Assembly: GCA_030141605.1 (NCBI GenBank)
Contig: JAQGDQ010000195.1
Span: forward strand, 124,001 to 188,000
Reading direction: 5' to 3'
Source of the DNA: Tubiluchus corallicola
Taxonomy: Eukaryota > Animalia > Priapulida
DNA length: 64,000 bases
Positions within the stretch are counted from its first letter, which is position 1, and every line of letters starts with the position of its first letter. This document shows positions 41,890 through 55,481 of the stretch, in pieces. Both the position numbers and the translations under genes were made by a program. Below the pieces are notes generated by a model. It saw nothing but the letters and a program-made list of their open reading frames with translations, searched no databases and was not told where the DNA came from.

Positions 41890-42775
41890 TTTTTGTATTT
41901 CGCAAAATGGCGCCCATTGTTTGCCATACAAGAGATCATAGAAATTGTATTACAACATGGCGTCCATTGCTTGCCATACAACAGCCCGTAGAATTTGTAT
42001 TACAACATAGTGCCCATTGTTTGCCATATAACAGACCATAGAATTTGTATTACAACATAGCGCCCATTGTTTGCCATATAACAGACCATAGAATTTGTAT
42101 TACAACATGACGCCCATTGTTTGCCATATAACAGACCATAGAATTTGTATTACAACATGGCGCCCATTGTTTGCCATATAACAAACCATAGAATTTGTAT
42201 TATAACATAGCGCCCTTTGTTTGCCATATAACAGACCATAGAATTTGTATTACAACATGACGCCCATTGTTTGCCATATAACAGACCATAGAATTTGTAT
42301 TACAACACAGTGCCCATTGTTTGCCATATAACAGACCATAGAATTTGTATTACAACATGGCGCTCTTTCTTTGCCATACAACAGACAATAGAATTTGTAT
42401 TACAACATGGCGCCCTTTGTTTGCCATACAACAGACAATAGAATTTGTATTACAACATGGTGCTCTTTGTTTGCCATACAACAGACAATAGAATTTTTAT
42501 TACAACATGGCGCCCATTGTTTGCCATACAACAGACAATAGAATTTGTATTACAACATGGCGCCCTTTGTTTGCCATACAACAGACAATAGAATTTGTAT
42601 TACAACATAGCGCCCATTGTTTGCCATATAACAAACCATAGAATTTGTATTACAACATGGCGCCCAATGTTTGCCATACAACAGACCATGGAATTTGTAT
42701 TACAACATGGCGCCCATTGTTTGCCATACAACAGACCATGGAATTTGTATTACACCATGGCGCCCATTGTTTGCC
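41890..42775. repeat. 50-bp minisatellite (~17 copies) in intron 1 of the MYND gene
   Basis: Unit TACAACATGGCGCCCATTGTTTGCCATAYAACAGACMATAGAATTTGTAT with exact 50-bp period. Confidence 0.97.
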
Positions 42776-43779
42776 TCACTTTTTGCAACCTCTAGCAACC
42801 TCTCGCAATGACGATGGCCCGGAAGTGGTGCTGACAAGCTACTGGCATAGCAGTGTGTAGTTTTTTGTTGGATTAATGCCGTGTTTACCTGTCTTGAGGG
42901 CAGATTTCTTTTATTTCAGAAATCTGCCTGCCCATTGTCCACATTAGACGTAACGGCTAGTTGGTGGTTGTGACGATGATGATGACGACGACAACGACGA
43001 TGATAATGGCCATCTCTTTTTTTACACGCGCGGCATTTAAATCTATGTTTGCAGTACATAATCTCTAAGATATACATTACTGAAAATTAACTTGCAGCAA
43101 AAACTGCCTAGTTTAAAGATGCACCTCGCTTCTGTTACTTCCAGATAATAATTTAGTAGGTAGAGACACACGCACAGGAAACGTTAAATTCATTATTATT
43201 CATGGAACGTCTATATTATTTTGTACAAAAAAAATTATTCCTAGAAAATAAAAGTGTTAATACAATACATTCGTGAAGCACACAGACAAAACCATTGCAA
43301 CAGGCATTGTCGGATTAAGCCCCCCTCCATTTACGCAATTCAGAATAAAAAACAATACTAAACTCTAAAACGAAATTTTACGTTTCAAAATGAAAAAAAC
43401 TTACAGTAAAACTTGTTTACAGTAAATGCTATGGCATTAGCTTTACATTGCATAAAAAAGTGATACATTAGACTGAAAACACAGAGATAACTCTAAACCT
43501 TATAGGGGACAACCATTCAGCATATCTGCCCACACACATGTTCCGGTTTATTTTACATTTTTGTTATTTAAAAAACTGCGTGGGCCCCTCTTCCCTGAGG
43601 CCCCAAGCACGTGCTTATTTTGCTTAATGGTTAATTCAGGGCTAACAATAGGTTGTGCATGATTCGTTGCTCCGATTCTTCATGCCTGATTACTGCACAG
43701 CCATCAGCACTCTATTATTATCATTAAGTCAGAACTATTCTCGAAATGTTAGGAAACAGAACGTGAACGTGTGCTTTAT

Positions 43780-43851
43780 CAATATCATCATCATCATCGT
43801 CGTCGTCGTCGTCGTCGTCGTCATCATCATTATCATCATCATTACGTGATC

Positions 43852-43891
<40 letters not shown>
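43780..43891. repeat. Compound trinucleotide microsatellite (ATC)/(GTC)/(TAA)
   Basis: Directly visible. Confidence 0.95.
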
Positions 43892-43892
<1 letters not shown>

Positions 43893-44003
43893 CGCTTTAT
43901 TTTATAAACATAAGCACAAGTACAATTAACAAATGACACACTTATATAAACAACGCATACAGGAACACGTCCCTACAAATGAACACGTTCTGCTTATTGC
44001 AAT

Positions 44004-44265
44004 GGCCCGTTTATACATAATGCGGGAAATCGCTCGGTTAAATAATTGACCGCGCGGTTTCCCGCGCTGATTGCTCTCTGAGCGATTGTTTTACAAAAAC
44101 CGCGCGGTTTTCCTGTAGGCAACTAATCTACACACGTGTTTAAGAAATTATGAAGTGCACATTGCAAAATGGCTGAAAAAACGAATGATAATATTGAAAC
44201 AATGATATTGGAAGTGGAAGAGTATCCAATATTATACGATGAAAGCTTATCTAAGTACAAAGTAC
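44004..44265 (+). mobile_element. Harbinger-like 5' end with truncated MADF/Myb-SANT ORF
   Basis: TIR-like ggcccgtttatac at ~44004. ORF from 44169 reads MILEVEEYPILYDESLSKYK, the MADF N-terminal motif (I..V...P.LYD.....YK). Confidence 0.6.
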
Positions 44266-44266
44266 T

Positions 44267-44480
44267 GAGGACAACTTTCAGAAAACAATTTTTCTGTTTA
44301 ATTGTAGGGAGGAAAACTTTCAGAAAACAATTTTTCTGTTCAATTGTGGGGAGGACAACTTTCAGAAAACAATTTTTCTGTTTAATTGTAGGGAGGACAA
44401 CTTTCAGAAAACAATTTTTCTGTTTAATTGTGGGGAGGACAACTTTCAGAAAACAACTTTTCTGTTTAATTGTGGGGAGA
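44267..44480. repeat. 42-bp tandem repeat, 5 copies
   Basis: GAGGACAACTTTCAGAAAACAATTTTTCTGTTTAATTGTRGG repeated. Confidence 0.95.
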
Positions 44481-44735
44481 TTCTGTCTGTGTCTCTTAGC
44501 TTATCTCTCCCTTTAATGTAGACTGTTAATTCTATCTATAGACCCGGAAACCAATTTTAAAAATGCCATCTTCCTCCTTTTCTCTCCACCCTGGTGTCTC
44601 ACTCCCTCTTTAGGTATTTCCTTTCTTTTTCTCCCTCTCTCTCTTTCTCTCTCTTTCAAAGTTTTTTAAAAAATGTTGCGCATACAATTAAATTACGTAC
44701 TCTCTTGAACAGCTAAATCACATTACACGCTATAT

Positions 44736-45025
44736 TAAAGGACAAGACAACATTTTACTTACATAAGTTAAAATTTCGGACTCGGAATTTTGTATCACTT
44801 ACATGCTGCCTTTATGTGTACAGAGCCTGCGCTAGCAGTAACGTTTACAGTAAGTTTGTAAATTTAAACTCCCGCGATGACAGTTAGGTGCAGCCATTTT
44901 AGCGGTAAGTCGTTTGAAACAAGTTTAGATAACATTGTATAAAATTTGAAAAAATAACCAGAGCATTCTTAGCGCACAGTTAAGCAAAAGTATAAATTAC
45001 TTCGTCTTATCAATAAGATAGGTAA
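44736..45025. mobile_element. Dispersed repeat family 3 (copies also ~5490-5695 and ~16490-16660)
   Basis: Shared taaactcccgcgatgac..ttag..gcagccatttt ... gtttagataaca; this copy starts ttaaagg. Confidence 0.65.
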
Positions 45026-46862
45026 TGTGTTTTAGTGAGTCAGTGGAGCACGCTGGGAAGGTGAGTCAGTGCCGTTTTACCAGCTGGCGCAAATATTTTA
45101 GATTATCTAGAATTTTCTTTTCTAGTTACATAAGACTTTGAAACTGGTATGCGTAATGCTAAGTAACACAACCCTTCGTGTGGAAAGTTTTTGGGATATA
45201 CTTGATGCCATAATTTGCCATTTCTTCCCTTTAAGAAACAGGAAACTCGCAGAAAGCACAACATACGTCATAGTGACACGACACCATACACGAAAAGCTA
45301 CTCAAGCTTGATTAGTCTGTTTCTCTGTTGCACTCTATTTATTACACTGATATCAGCTTTCTTCTTTGTTTTGAACTTTGCTTTGTTTCTTCAACTCACA
45401 AAGATGCATTACATTTTGAAACTTGATGCATTAATTTCGACTTGTATGAGGTGTCAAACAAAGAGCGCCTCGAGTGTTAACCGCCTTCTATTTCTGGTTC
45501 GACTTGTTTCTAAAGGTAATTCTTGGCCTATAACCTTTCCAATGTCTAGCCTACACGGTTATTTAAAAAATGACATTCTAGAGACAGTCGTTCAAAACAC
45601 TGAAGTCTAACATTTTACTAGTTGACGCGAATATTTTAAATTACTAAGAATTTTCTTTTCCAATTACATAAATCTTTCAAATCGTAACGCTAAATAATAT
45701 AACTTTGTGTGGAATGCTCTTTGGGATATGTTTAAAATTCCCTTTTCCTCAGTTTTTAGTGTTGATTTTAGGAATCTGGTTGATTAACAAGACCAATTTT
45801 CTGAGGTGAGCTACTGAACCAGCAGAAGTGTCCTTGCCACTTTCATAAGCATATTCAATTACTCATCCCCTAACAAGCAGCCAGAATTTGTGAGGCAAAT
45901 TAAACCGTCCTGAGCAATCTCTATCACCTATCCGTTCACTGAGTAGCTTCTGTGTTGCCTAACTTCTGCCATGAAGCAAACACTAATGACCACTCGGCTA
46001 TATCACGGCCACAGAAAGTTCAAATCGTACTTAAGAAACATAATGCTTAACGTTGCTTACTTGAACAAATAAGTTAACAACCAGTGCAATTACTTTAATC
46101 TTAATTTTTAACAATTACATTTTAGTTAAAGCAAATTATAATTTCACTGATTTTATGTATTGTATTTTATGTGTACTCATTTGCCTGAAATAAAATTATA
46201 ATCAATCAATGAATCTGTGGTTTCTTAGCCGAGCTGTGAACGTCAAACAACTAAAACCTCAGAATTATTCAAGCACGACAGAACTATAATGCAGCTAAGA
46301 AATTAATTTAAACGATTTGCTCCCATAATACGGGAGCTTCCTAATTCCATACCCGCCGAAAAACACAGAATAAAAAAATTTTCATTTTGTTACTACATTT
46401 CTACTCATTGACAATTTTCTCTCCACTAATTCTCGTGACATTATGCCCACTGACAAAAGCTGATATTATGAATGTATATAATTACTATTTAGTTTCATTA
46501 TGCGCCACTACAATGGCCTCTTGCTGACCTTATGATAAGCTGAGGGATCGTAGCGTGTAGGAATCACAGTGAAGAATATAAGCCGCATGCTACTAGCAAT
46601 CTGCAGATGGTGCAGATACTCATTAAAGGCAATTAATTATCTGACAGGTAGACATAGGTGTGTTTTAAAAACTCCACCAGAAATGGCACAAGTGCGCGGG
46701 TGTAACACTAATTATAACTTAAACATAAATTACAATCAGTATTTGACAATTTTACTGTAAATGAATTCTTAAAGTCGCAAGATTGTCGACGTTAATTGGT
46801 CTTTATTTTTAAATGATTTTCTGGGGTCGAGGGGCTGGCAACACTAATTGTTCTTTGCTTAG

Positions 46863-49285
46863 ATTCACCAAGGCAAGTGCACCATCATCGCAAGAGACGA
46901 TTCCTAAACAAGAAGAGAGTGAGTCAACCCAAATTCTGTCAAAGGAGGTTAATAGCTGTTTGCCTGAAAATGTCAACAACTTTGCTAGAAAAACACAAGT
47001 TGTTGACACAGATATTGAACCTGCAAGCACACACGGTCACACACTACACTCAGAATGCCCTGATTTAAAAGCAGTCGGCATCAGAGAACATCCCGACGAA
47101 ATCCCCTACAGGAAAAAGGAAGGAAGCGAAGGGGAAGTAGACCGGAAGGAAGCTGGAAACGCACTTCCAGAAGTTGTAGCCTCTACCTCTCTTGCCAATG
47201 CTATTATATATCCGCCTGCTCAAGTTTACATACAAGTTGTTTACTCTGAAAATCGTCGGAAGTCAAACAGAAAAACCAAGCAGCAGACGTATACAACAAA
47301 ACTGAGACACATTCTGCCTAAAAGTGAGTCAAACACTGAGAATGCGACGAATGATTTAAAAGTTGTGGATAACTCTGCAATTAGCAAAGAAAGTTACTGT
47401 GAAAGTAATAATGCTGAAACGAATGAAACGACTTGTGGTGTGCTATTACCTCAGCATGCAGGTGCAGAAATTGCTAGTGAAGCCAAACGAGCAGAAGAGC
47501 GTGAAAAAGAAGTATTTGATAAACAGTTTACTTTAGCGCCTGCTCGGCCCAACACAATGGCAGTTATTGAAAATGTTGTTAGCGATCTTATTGACACAGT
47601 TGTTGGAATCAATGATGGGTTTTATAATGTGTACAAGGCAAAGCAGATGTATGCTGAGTCAATAGAGGACTGTCAAGCATTGAGCGCAACATTTGACACT
47701 AATAATGCAAACAGTGGTCGTTCTATTCATCTTGCATTAAATGCGACCACAGAAAATATCGACGTGGCCACAAAACCCGGCGAACAATGCAAAGCGAACA
47801 CGAGTACTGATAAATATGTCAATCAAAATTTTGCTAAAGCTGAGACACAGTCAGAATTGGAAGATATTAAGACTGGAAGCACAGCGATTGCTGCTGAATG
47901 TGACAATATGAGCCAACATAGCTCAGACACAACTGAGAGCATCCCAGAAATAGAGCCTACACACGTGCAGCCTCCAGAAGGTACACATATCATCAACTTT
48001 CAAAATGTGGTAGCTGCAAATCCTAATGACATTCGGGCAATAGATACTGTTAATTTATCCGAGACGACAGCCATTAGTGAAGAGTGCCATAAACAAAACT
48101 CAGATATACCTGAAAAAATCTCAGACGATACTAAACCTGCATACATTGCCAATCTTGAAGAGTTGGCAGCAACTAGGCCGGAAATTCTCTCAGCATTTGT
48201 TGGTGGTGCTCGTATGCAGAATAGTTACGAAATGTTACAAGAGGAACAGTGGCTGCTACGAGAAGCTCCAGTAACTCCAGAAAATTTGCCTGAATGCAAA
48301 GAGATGACGTTAAACATAGAAGCGGCAGACACTGGTGAAAGTGCCATTGTTAACAGTAATGTAGATCAAGATGAGGACATGAGTCAGCAGTCACGAGACA
48401 TTACAGAAAATGCAAATTATCGTGAACTTGACAAAACATTGGCATTGCCTCACAGTATATGTACAACAACTGGCAAGCTTTCACCAAAACCTCGTCCAAA
48501 CATTATTGTATCACTGCCTTTGGAAAATATCCATGTGAAAGGCATTGGTTATTTTAGCCCAAGGCGTGAAACAAGATTGGGGCAGAGAATCGATTCTTCA
48601 TCTTCAGATGTTGGTGAGGCAATAATTGCACCATCAACTTTAAAAAAAGATGAAAGGCTTGACAACTTAATTCAAGATCTCAGTAAAGCAGTTAAAGAAA
48701 AGCAGGAACTTCACTCATTCAAAAGAAAGAAACAAGCACATGTTAGGAAGCAGCTCTCGAAGCAGAATAAATGTCACAAATTTCACAAGCAACATACTTT
48801 GGCAGGGCAGCAGATACTGGGTGCCACAGCTCCAACACTTCATCATGGACAGACTAATCCATATTTCCTAGCAGAAGTCAAAAAGGAACCTCTCAGTGAA
48901 GCAGAGCACCGACCTGATGTTGATTTAAATGACGCGTCTGAAACAACAACAAAAGCAGAAACGAGTGAATCCCCAAAGGATAACAGTAAACGCAGAGAAA
49001 AAAAGCGGCAAGGGATAGTGAAAGTGTTCCAGACTAGACTACGTAGACAAATGGAGTTAACTCAGTCTACAACGGTAACAAAGAATAAACAAAAATCGAA
49101 ATTGCAAAAAATGATACAATCATACAAAAGCCAAATGTCTTTACGGAAACCAAAAAAGAAAGCAGATGATAACGAAACAAAAGGAACATCTATTCATACC
49201 AACAAAATCTGCAAAATCTGTGATATAAACACTGTGGGGAATTCTAGTCAAGCGAAGAAGAGGAAAATTACACTAAAGCCAGCAG
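46863..49285 (+). CDS. Coding exon 2 (2,423 nt, low-complexity acidic/basic) of MYND-finger protein gene
   Basis: Within the 834-aa ORF. Branch-like ctaat and acceptor ttctttgcttag (AG 46861-62); donor CAG|GTGAG at 49286; phases 2 and 1 fit both neighbours. Confidence 0.9.
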
Positions 49286-49502
49286 GTGAGCAAATGGAAA
49301 ATTTCGATTATTTATAATATTATCACTTAATAATAAGCATGAGCTATTGAAATGAAACTTTGCTGAAAGGAGAAAATGTGGAAAGATCAAGTACCAAAAT
49401 CTGGGCAAAGCAATCATTTTCATAATTTTGTCTTTTTAGTCAAGTTAGGATTCAGAAGAATAAAGGTTTATTCCATTGTTTAATTACAAGTTTTGTTTAT
49501 CA

Positions 49503-50543
49503 TAGTGTGGGTTATGCAAAAGATCCAAGATGTCGCCTATTGGAGCCAAGAATCAGTTATGTCTCCTAAAATATGTATTTCCGACTGATAGGAAAGTGCA
49601 TCAGAGGATTCCAAAAATGAGGTCGTTTTTTCATCTGTGACGTCACAATATTATTAAGACGTGATTAAGACCATCACTTGGCAGTGGTAACCAGCACATG
49701 GAAGGAAGCTCTGCCATTAGCTAGGTCCACCATTTTGGCAATTTGTTACACTGATGCCAATTTCTGAGCTGCAGAATGGCGAAACCAGTTGGGTGGCAGA
49801 GGAAGAAGGCTGTGAAAAGGACGTCTTGCTGAAACAGACTGGTCCAGGGACGCTACATGTAGTGCAGGAGACTAAGATGGTATTGCTTGATAATGGTGGT
49901 CACTGGAATTGGGTTACTTGCTCTCCAGTATAATTCTTCTTTGGTGTCAAAGTGAAACTAGCAGATGCAAAATAAGACACATTGGTGACTTCAGTGGAAG
50001 AAGTGAAGGCTTCTGAGCCATCAGTGGAAATAGTCCGTGTCTCATTGCCATGCAACAAAACCGACATCGCAGGTGTCCAGTCGATGGAGTTTGATCATGG
50101 AATAGCTTGACAATGGCATCGTGACATCATAATTGAAATGGCAACATTTTCGGACACATCATTTTGGCTAGGATCGATTGTTTAGGAGAAGTTGTCAACT
50201 TCTGACCCCCAATAGGCACCACTGGATGTGACGGAAATAATGTGGAAGGACATTGATGACATGCTAGGTCAAGCTGTAACTGATTTTGAATGCTACTGCA
50301 TTGAAAGATCAATTCAAGTGACCCATTTCCAAAATCAATGAGCAGTGATGGTCTTAATTACGTTATAATAGTATTGTGACGTCATCGTGACGTCACAGAT
50401 GAAAAACGAGACCATTTTGGAATGCTCGGGTGCACTCTCCTATCAGTCAATAATACACATTTTCCATCTAGGCTCGATGGTTTAGAAGATATAACTGATT
50501 CTTGGCTCCAATATAGGTGCCATCTTGGATTTATGCATGTATC
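49503..50543 (+). mobile_element. Internally deleted DNA transposon with ~170-bp TIRs and hATm-like transposase debris, in intron 2
   Basis: 49514-49680 is the reverse complement of 50343-50538. Internal broken frames give GPGTLH, FFGVKVK, RID(C/W)...PP and FEC..IERSIQVT in the order seen in hATm-type transposases. Confidence 0.75.
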
Positions 50544-51071
50544 TAAAAAGTACCAAAGCCGATTTTTTGTTGAGGGTACCTGAAATCATGTTCTAACAGA
50601 ATCTAAAGAGAAAAAATCCATTGCAATTTGTTCTAGGTTACTTGCCATCTTTGCCTGCCTAAAAAGCCAAATGTGATTCCGGTTGCAATCTTTTCACTGT
50701 GTTTATTAGCTTCATAGCAAGGGTTAAACTCATTTTGGTGAAATAGGGGAGTCACGCTCCCCTATCGAATGTGACATATAACAGATAAGTATCAGTTATC
50801 AGTAAGTACCTGCTACAGCAAATGAATAGATTACTCAGAGACATTAAATGCGTAGTAAATTCAACCTCAGTAAGAAAAAATTGTTGACGCTGTATTTCCT
50901 CGACCAACATCAACATAGCACTCTAATGCACAGCCGAACAAAGTACATTAATAATTCAAGTGACAAACAGAAAACAGGAAGCATTAGTCACTCAGCAAAA
51001 TGAGGTTTTACTGACTAAACTCAAATTTTACTATTCAAATTCTACAAAGATATTTTATTTTACATTTATAG

Positions 51072-51630
51072 CTAAAGCCAGCCAGGCGAAACAACAACCC
51101 CTATGTAACCAGGTAGAGCGCTTGACAGACAGCGACACCGACTATGAAAGTGACCTACCAGAAATTTTTCCAAACATCCGGCAAAGAACGAGCAAATCAA
51201 ATGCTGAAACAGAAAAGGTTACAAATCAACCAAACATGGCACGTAGTGTTGATCTGATTCCTAAAACCCCAAGTGGACAACTACAAAATTACTCAATAAT
51301 GCAAGAGCATTCAATACTGGTCACCGAAGCAATGTCACAAAAAGATTCCTTACACCCCAATAGTTCTTGTAAAGCTGACAACTCCAAACGCCTAACAGAA
51401 ACGCATGTGATGCCGGCACTCAGTGCAACTTGTATTTCTGAGGTTGAGGAATCAGTGGAGATGTTGATCAAATCTGAAGACCTTCGCCAAACTGTGGCGG
51501 GCTCAGAAAATAGCAACGAACTGGATGAGAACATCTCAAGCATGAAAGAAAAGTTCTCTTCTGAGAGTGGGGAAGCTAAACAAGCAAATCCAATGATGCT
51601 TAGCAACTTGGACAATATGGACAATAGAAG
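51072..51630 (+). CDS. Coding exon 3 of MYND-finger protein gene
   Basis: Acceptor ttttacatttatag (AG 51070-71), donor AAG|GTGATT at 51631; inside the 224-aa ORF; phases 1 and 2 are consistent. Confidence 0.88.
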
Positions 51631-51920
51631 GTGATTCATTTTACTTTTATTTAATTTCGTAGAGTAACCTCAAAAATATCAGCATATCTAGTTTTTAGCT
51701 AAATTCAACATACATTAAAGCAACACTAATAAATCAGGTCAATAAATAACTCAACGTGGACTTTGAAATAGGCTTTGCCAAATAGCCTTTGAAAATAAAT
51801 GGTCTGCAGCTCAATGACGTTTACTTTCTTTTTATATTTACCCAACAAATATTGTGTTTGTAAATAAATTGAACAGTTAATAGAGCGCAACATAATGTGG
51901 CTTGATTTTCACAATTTCAG

Positions 51921-52039
51921 AAATCGACAATGTGAAAGTAGGTCTGCAATGGGACGAAGTCTCAAAACTGCTGCTGTTGAAATTGTTAATTCTCAGATCG
52001 AAGATGCTCAGCTAGAACCTCTAAATTTATCAGTGAAAT
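51921..52039 (+). CDS. Coding exon 4 (encodes PLNLS motif) of MYND-finger protein gene
   Basis: Acceptor ttttcacaatttcag (AG 51919-20), donor AAT|GTATGG at 52040; phases 2 and 1 bridge exons 3 and 5. Confidence 0.8.
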
Positions 52040-52431
52040 GTATGGGTAGTTTTTTTTTGAAAATTTTACTACTGCACCAAGAAGTTTCTTTATCTTCAGT
52101 GTTTGATGTGTCATTGTTGTGGCTCAGTGTAGATACTCTGCAAAACAGTACAAGCAAACTAACAAAATGATGTACGAAATGAATAGTGAAAAGGATGCTA
52201 ACTGGCCACCAGCATAACATATTTCCAATTTTACTAACAACTCTGCACGTGACTTGGTTCTCATTCAAGGTCGTATGTGATTTCTAGGTACAATTTAAGC
52301 ATGTCAAACTGCAACTTCTAAACTGAAAAATTCTGTATGTAGGTAACTTACTTGCAAAATGTTTACAAACACAAAATGTTTACTAACATTTTCCCAGTTA
52401 TTTCAATAATATTTGAGTTTTTGTTTTGTAG

Positions 52432-55400
52432 CAACTGATACAGCACACCAAAGCACGAAGCAGCCCACAGACACTTCGAATGGTACTTGGTCAACAAAGG
52501 AATCATCTGTAAATTCTGGTAACATCTCGTTTACTTCAACACAGCTACAAGCGAAATCAGTGTCAAGCTACTCAATGCACAAACTGAAGCTGCACTTCTT
52601 AAGAAGAAGTATAGAGACCACTCAGAGTTGTGACAAAGAAGAAACAGTAACTCTTACTTCAAATAGTGCAAATAATGAACAGTCTGATGAAAAGACAGAT
52701 CCTCTGAAACTAGCAATCCAAGCAATGGATGAAGACAAAACTGCAGACATGGAATCACCAGTCAAAGAACATCAAAATATTGCAAAACCGTTGGACATGG
52801 ATGAAGACAGCAAGGAGGAACGATACTTACTTTCAACAGTGTTGAAAAAGTTTGGTTGTGAAGAAGAAATTCATCAAGAAATGTCTGAAAGCGATAGAAT
52901 CACCCAGAGGCAACAAGAGATTGTACCAACAGACCTAGTTAGTCCCATAAGGGAATGTACAAATTCTACTAATCAAAATCTAGAAAGTGTAGTAGTGCCA
53001 GCTGCAAAGAAAAAAGACTTTAGTACCAAGCCATCCTTACCAGGAAAAGTATCTGAAAATACCAGCTTTCCACCAGAGAAGACAGCAAGCACTTCAAGTG
53101 CAAACAATACAGTAACAGCAAGCAAAGATAAATCAAGATTATTACAGATGTTAAGAGATGATAACCAGGACAAAGGGAAAGCTATCAGTCAACCCGCAGT
53201 GGCTAACATCTGCACAAATCCTGAGCTAAATGCTAATGTGCCATCAACCACAACGCTGCCGTCTCCTCACAGGAGTAGCACAAGTGCTTCTAGATTAGGA
53301 CAAGATTCAACTGAATCAAAACTAATACAGGCCAATATCACACACATTTCAAATGCTGCACCTCAAGGTCAACCGATCGTGTCATATCGGCTGCCCTTAA
53401 ATATACCAACTTTAGAAACTCCATCGCCACTAAGTGCGCTAGTAGCAAACAGACTCAGGTTACCAATGCACATGGATGTGCCATACATGCATAATCGGAT
53501 AAGCACACCCGCAAATACCAACCAGTCATTGGCTAGGTTCCAGAACCGTCCAATAATGGCCCCAGCACTAACTCGCGGCAGGGGAAGGCCTCAAAAACAA
53601 TCATTGCCAAACCCACGTCACAGTTTTGCGCAGACTGTTCGGCAGCCTAATCAAAAGACCACTTCGCTTATGTCACCTGCAAATCACATGAATCGTGTCC
53701 CACAACTACAAACACGTGATTATGTGCCCTCTGCACTACAGGTAGACTCTACACATGAAAGGGAATCATTTCAACAAAAATGGCAGCAACCAGTGCCTAC
53801 AGATGGACCTGTTTCTCAGATAAATAGAGTATCAAGCAGCATTCAAAATAACCCTCCTATGTATAACATTCCGCCACAGCATTCTGAATTTCCAGATAAT
53901 CATCCAGAAGGTTATCATAATTTAAGAAACGGACCACATGCACAACCCTTTAACTTGCATCAAGCACACTATCTGCATACTCCACACGAAACACGACCAT
54001 TTGATTTTGACGTGCACATCAATAAACGAGAAGTGCCTAGTCCAAGACAAGATTTCACTGGGCCAAACAGTCCAAGTCAAACGATGAAATTAGATCATCA
54101 TGAAAGGACAGTCTATGAAAAGATCAAGCATGAAGTTGAACATCTGGAACGAATGCAGAAAGAGGCTGAAATAGAGATGGAGCGATTACTTAAGTGTAAA
54201 GCAGAAAAACTACATCAACTCAAATACTTTGAAAACAAACAGATGATAAAACAAATGAACGAGAGACAAAGTCAAAATACCCAAAGGCAAAATAATTTTG
54301 TGCCTCCTATGATACCATTCATAGATTTAACAGAAGAAGAGCGAAATAGAGCTGCAGAATTAGCTGTGCAAAAAGCTTTGAACGAAACCAGAAGAAGAAA
54401 ATCCGTTGGGCCCATCAGTGACAACAGGGGACAGATTTATGGAATGCCAAAAACAAACCCTCGATTTTCTTACCAGTTGCAACATATAAATGACCTCCAA
54501 AATAATACAAAATTAAGAGAGAACTACCTGCCATTGGAGAACCAATCCCAGCCAAATATGTCACTTAGCGACCTTCCAAACCGTGCTCAACTCGAAGAAA
54601 ACTTAAGAAGACTAGAAAATTCACATCAGGTACCACCAAGTGTTGCACCTGTAAGTAATGCAGATACACGACAGCCATTTCCAAACCAAAGACAGTCAAT
54701 TGGCCAACTGGGTGCTATGTGCAGTTCTGTTCAGGGCAGTGTGTCTCCATATGGACGCGACTTAGATAATTCCTTTAAGAAGCCTGATATACCAGCAACA
54801 TATGGACACCAAATAAGTCCATCAATTAGAAAACTTGTGACAGATAGGCCAAACTCATTAGCACCCAGTATGCCTGGTCCTAGGCAACCAATTATAGCTC
54901 CAGCACCAGGTCTTTATCGTGCTGTTAATCCTGATATTTCAGAGCCACCAGCAAAGCAGATGAGGTTTGAGGTGCCAGGTAATCATCACATATCTTCAAA
55001 AGAAGCCCCAGATTACTTGCCACGACAACACCGGGACATTTACATTAATATGCTTCCTAAAGAAATAGAGACAAGAAGTGGCCATCAGTTAAATGCAAGG
55101 GCACAAGCGCCCAAAGTTAGCAGGAATACAGAACCTTTAGATAAGGGTCCATACCCAAACTTTACCAAACCACAATTAGTGATGCATGAAAATGTTGCTC
55201 GAATGCCTCCAGAGATGCCAGGACTCCACTACCAAAACTCAACACATCAACAACGTACGATGCAGATGCCTACCAGCTACCAAGAGAACAAGCAATTGCC
55301 AAGTGACAGTCTGCACAGAACGAGCAGTCACGAGCATTTGGGAAACATGTCACAACATCAACATAATATTTATACTAAACCTGGTAGCAGTGCACCATGG

Positions 55401-55481
55401 ATCGACAGTAACATGAGAGAGCGACACTTGTCACAAGAACGATTTCCTTGGAAGCATTTAGGACAAGAAATGCAGCAGAAG
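52432..55481 (+). CDS. Coding exon 5 (3,050 nt; S/P/Q/N-rich, AT-hook, coiled coil, SIM) of MYND-finger protein gene
   Basis: 1,029-aa ORF; acceptor ttttgttttgtag (AG 52430-31), donor AAG|GTAAGG at 55482, phase 0. Confidence 0.92.

Noticed and set aside
41890-42775. 50-bp array as CRISPR
   Set aside because: Entire unit is repeated; no spacers; eukaryotic intron.
42920-42949. Small exon-like segment in intron 1 of the MYND gene
   Set aside because: Would introduce an in-frame TAG after exon 1 and has a weak donor; unsupported as coding.
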